NCBI GenBank assembly: GCA_032718475.1
Contig: JAUCBJ010004897.1
Location: 1 to 44,437, forward strand
From: Nemertoderma westbladi
Taxonomy: Eukaryota; Animalia; Xenacoelomorpha
Length of the DNA: 44,437 nt
Direction of reading: 5' to 3'
Numbering within the stretch: position 1 is the first letter of the stretch; every line of letters begins with the position of its first letter. The notes under the pieces are model-generated. The model had not been told where the DNA came from and searched no databases. It saw only the letters and a list, made by a program, of their open reading frames with translations. A program made the translations under genes and the position numbers. Shown one piece after another: positions 40,908-44,437 of this stretch.

Positions 40908-42289
40908 TTCGGAAACAGTGCTTTAATCAAAACTACCGGTAATCAAAACTTTCAAATAAGACGATTTATATAAAATGTGTTATAAAACACTTAAGAAGGA
41001 AACATAAAAAAAATACCAATTATTCATATATAAATTTCCATAAATATTCGATGGAAAGTGAAAACTTGGAATTATTCGCAAATGGGCGACGATTAAAATA
41101 AAAACAAGAAAACTTACCTAGAAATAATGCATTTTAGCAGTCTCCGAATTACACATAATCGACAAAGTATATAATATGAAATGAGTTAACGTAATATTTC
41201 ATTATAAACTAAATGAAAGAAAACACACTTATACCAAACAAAATCTAAAAGAAACTCAAACAACTTACATTCAACTACCGGTACTACAAAATGCTCGGAC
41301 AGAGAAACATTACTCTTGAATTTATTCAAAAGGGAGCCCCTTCCAACAAACCAGCCTGTTCTGAACTCATTTCGTACCCTGTAGTCCGTTTGCAGGTTCA
41401 AAGGTCATCCATTCACAGAGCCAAAGATGTTAACGACTCAATAATAATTAGATACCCAGTTACCTTTCATTACTGGTGGGTGAGTCATTTCTATACAAAC
41501 ACTAAGCCCACCCAACACAACACAACATAAAATAAACCCGCCACTATCGCATTATAGAGGATCATTGCATAGATATGAAAAGCAATCATTATATAGTTAA
41601 TAATTACAATAATGATTTACTTCCCTCATGTCACTAAATGGAACAGACTATTCTGCTTTTCTAGGAAATATTTACAGTGGCGCTTGAGGAATAGCCGGCT
41701 TTTGAGGAGATTTTCTCAATAATAATAATAAGATTGTTTATTCCTACGTGTTTACACAATTGCAGGCCGGTTCTTAAGATTATTCTTGTAAAGACGGTAA
41801 TATATTCTGTATTTTTTCTCTGGTATGTTTAGGTGGGTTGTTAGTTTGGCTCTACATTTTTTTACTTTTCGTCCAAATGACATAATAATTATATTGGTCG
41901 CTCTTACTTTCGCTATGTGCTCCCAGATGTGGATTAAAGACTAAATAAATCATAAATAAACATTTAAACCCATTGATTCCCTCATTATTAATCAATTATC
42001 CCCGATTAAAAATCTAAGCGTATTTGAACCTTTGCGAATTGTATTGTTGATGTTTAATATTATACAATATTATGTGTTTGTTTCGTTGCATATTCGGCTA
42101 CGCCTACAATAATCGCCAGTAATCTTTCTAAAATCTCAACAATTAATGTCCACGTTACATAGCAGAGGTGGAGATTATCTTAAATATAGAGTTTGAGTGG
42201 GGAGGGGGGAGGGGGGGGGGGGGGGGGGGTGGGGTTGGGACGGGGCTCTTGACGCAATCAAAATTTTACATTCATCTCTCTCGCACATA

Positions 42290-42437
42290 TATGTGACGGC
42301 AAGGATGAAAGCCTGGGTTGGGCTAGGCTGCAGCAATTAAAGCACTGTGTCCACACTGTTCTTCCCCATCTAGGGGTCGAACCGGGGCCTCCTAATTGGA
42401 AGCCAAGGAGAAAGTCCCCACTACTATAGATAAAGCT
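42290..42437 (-). mobile_element. tRNA(Gly-TCC)-like SINE with a Nin/Deu-like central segment
   Basis: Minus strand TAGTAGTGG..CTTGG-CTTCCAA-TTAGG-AGGCCCCGGTTCGACCCC (B-box 42373-42383), then CCCAACCCAGGCTTTCATCCTT. Confidence 0.65.
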
Positions 42438-42999
42438 GCTGCTTGGTCTAGGACATCGATGCACAATATAAACTTTTTTAGCACTTTATAGGTCCAATAA
42501 TTAATTAGCGGATGAGAGAAAAAATTTACTATAATAACAGGAGAATAGTTATTTCTTCACTTGTATTTTATATTTTGCTTTTATAAGTTAATTAGCTGTA
42601 GTTAATTTAGGTCAAACCTGTTTTGTAATTTTTGTAATCAGTACTTACCGCAGGCAACTATATTCAAATAGTGATAGAATAAGTGGCGATAAATATGGTG
42701 CAACCAACTAACCAAAGTAGACCAACTGACTCTTAATTATGGAACTAACATATTGATTGAGTGACAAACACAAACGACGAGTGTAGGCAAATAGCGCAGT
42801 GAGATTGAGATTCAACTCCAAAACCAACAACTTAATTAGTCCACATTATCATGAGAAACACAAAGGAACGGCCGCATTTCTTAATAAAACGAATCGATAA
42901 AAATTGTCGATTCGGTCTCTCTCTTGTCAATGCGGTTTTGTCCGAATTGCAATGACATTCGCTGCCAAAAGTTGATAATTAGAATGTTTTCTCAGCCTC

Positions 43000-43360
43000 G
43001 GATTTCTTGCCCGGCATGAATAGCATTCCTTTATAGAGCCTTTGGTGTAATTAAAATTCGTCAACAGAAAAAATAGGAAGAGCCTCAGGGTTTTATTGTT
43101 TGTTTGATCACAGAGAATGGAAACATGACATTCATACTGATGAAGTCAATGTTTGGTTGTATAAACTGTATCGGCAAACATGTGGTCAGATCATCTGCGT
43201 ACTGCTCATGAATCTATAACAACTTAAATAGTTTCAATGTTACACCAAACTAGATAACTCAACATAATGCAGTTGACGATTTCTACTGTCTTGGATACAG
43301 AGTTCACGCAGAAGACCATACCGCATCCGTAAAGAGATCAATGGTCTACCATCTACCAGG
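43000..43360 (+). pseudogene. Highly decayed RTE-like RT relic
   Basis: Remnant AVDDFYCLGYRV..KEIN resembles the VDDFKYLGS..EI..R motif; many stops. Confidence 0.4.
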
Positions 43361-43429
43361 TTCTGGTAATCACACTAAATTCCTTGAAGGTATACACACA
43401 TATTTCATAATATTGCACATGTTTAAAAT

Positions 43430-43660
43430 GTCACTGTCACCTTAGAACAGCTATTTGCTTATTGGTATTGCCAAAACCCATCTTTACACTCTATCTACCC
43501 TATGATCCCACAACTTAAAACCAACCAGTAACTGCTATACCACTGGGATGATTATAGCTGTTCATCATATTGTTTGATCTATCTCCTGCTTTGAACAAAC
43601 ATTGTGACGGTCATTTGTTTCAAATACGATATAGCATATGGTATATACGTGTGCAATGTC
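43430..43660 (-). pseudogene. Possible decayed LINE RT N-terminal relic
   Basis: Minus strand KQMTVTM(L)FKAGDRSN..NSY..SGIAV resembles the WK.A.V..L.K.GD..NYRPISL motif, with frameshifts. Confidence 0.35.
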
Positions 43661-44437
43661 AAGAGCACCCCCCCCCCCCCCCCCCCCACCCACACTTATC
43701 TGACAAAATAAAGAAGTGACTTCAGATAGAAGAACCATTCACATATTCACTACCCAACCCAATATATATGAAAAGTTTTACATTAGAAACCTTATTGCGC
43801 GGAAGTATTGATTGTAGATAAGTAAAGAGCCGCTTCATTTAGCAAAACAGGAGGCCAAGGTAGGAAACAGACGTCGGTTTATCGATTCCGATATCTCCTA
43901 AAACACGGGGCCCTAACAAGTTTCCTAGAATAAAATCGACCAAAAACTTACTGCGATCGTTCATAACAATTTAATAATGGGCCTTCTGAGAATGATAACA
44001 GCTGTTGTAATTATTCAAGAGCCCCTCCAACTCTCTCCAACGCCTCTCCAACATTGCGAAATACACCGGGAATGTCCAAACGCACTAAACTTGATAATGT
44101 GATGTTATTTTGTCTCTATAAATATTTCTTCACGAGAGCTTAATTAATGAATTCTTCGTTTCACATTTTGTTCATTTAAGAAAACACCGAATGCAAAGGT
44201 CAACTCTAAAAATATGGAGCTACAACTACCCCTACAATAAACACAGTTGAAAGAATAATGGATATACCATTATTTTTTTCAACTCACGATTTCTCACTGA
44301 TGTTTTTCACTGAGTTAAAAAATGATTATGATTATTATTATGTTTATAAAACCGTTTTTCAAGTTATCTTATTTAAGTTATAACGCCTAGGTAACGTGTT
44401 GTATGACCATTTATTTCGAAGTGTTGACTATTTCGAA

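Noticed and set aside
42199-42240. G-runs as functional G-quadruplexes (also ~23593, 36451, 43668)
   Set aside because: Simple homopolymer tracts that recur throughout the window; no context suggesting function.

Overview
AT-rich eukaryotic DNA, most likely an invertebrate metazoan (inferred from RTE-type LINEs, tRNA-derived SINEs, MITEs, GT-AG splice signals and the two gene families present). Two credible protein-coding genes, each with a single coding exon: a GT32/DXD-type glycosyltransferase (+, 3294-4346) and a GC-rich type-I membrane protein resembling the MOLO-1/TPM family with a cytoplasmic PPSY motif (-, 35615-34635). The rest is repeat-dense. It holds several broken copies of one RTE-like LINE family with a (TAG)n tail, older LINE and possibly DIRS relics, TIR elements, foldback elements with tandem subunits, and four large tandem arrays: an ~8.5 kb polarised (GACAAC)n, a 38-bp x12 array, a 21/42-bp array with a 504-bp higher-order period, and a ~26-bp array with a 179-bp higher-order period. 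The long low-complexity ORFs at 13.6-22.3 kb are repeat artefacts. I found no prokaryotic system and no CRISPR array, and I cannot claim a clearly new biological system. The best leads are the structured GACAAC array, a hammerhead-like core inside a tRNA-like SINE head (25.58-25.67 kb), a heptad-coding satellite fused in frame to a unique tail (29.2-31.5 kb), the structured LINE 5' end (37.5-37.65 kb) and the MOLO-1-like gene. All family assignments come from motif recognition by eye, not database searches.
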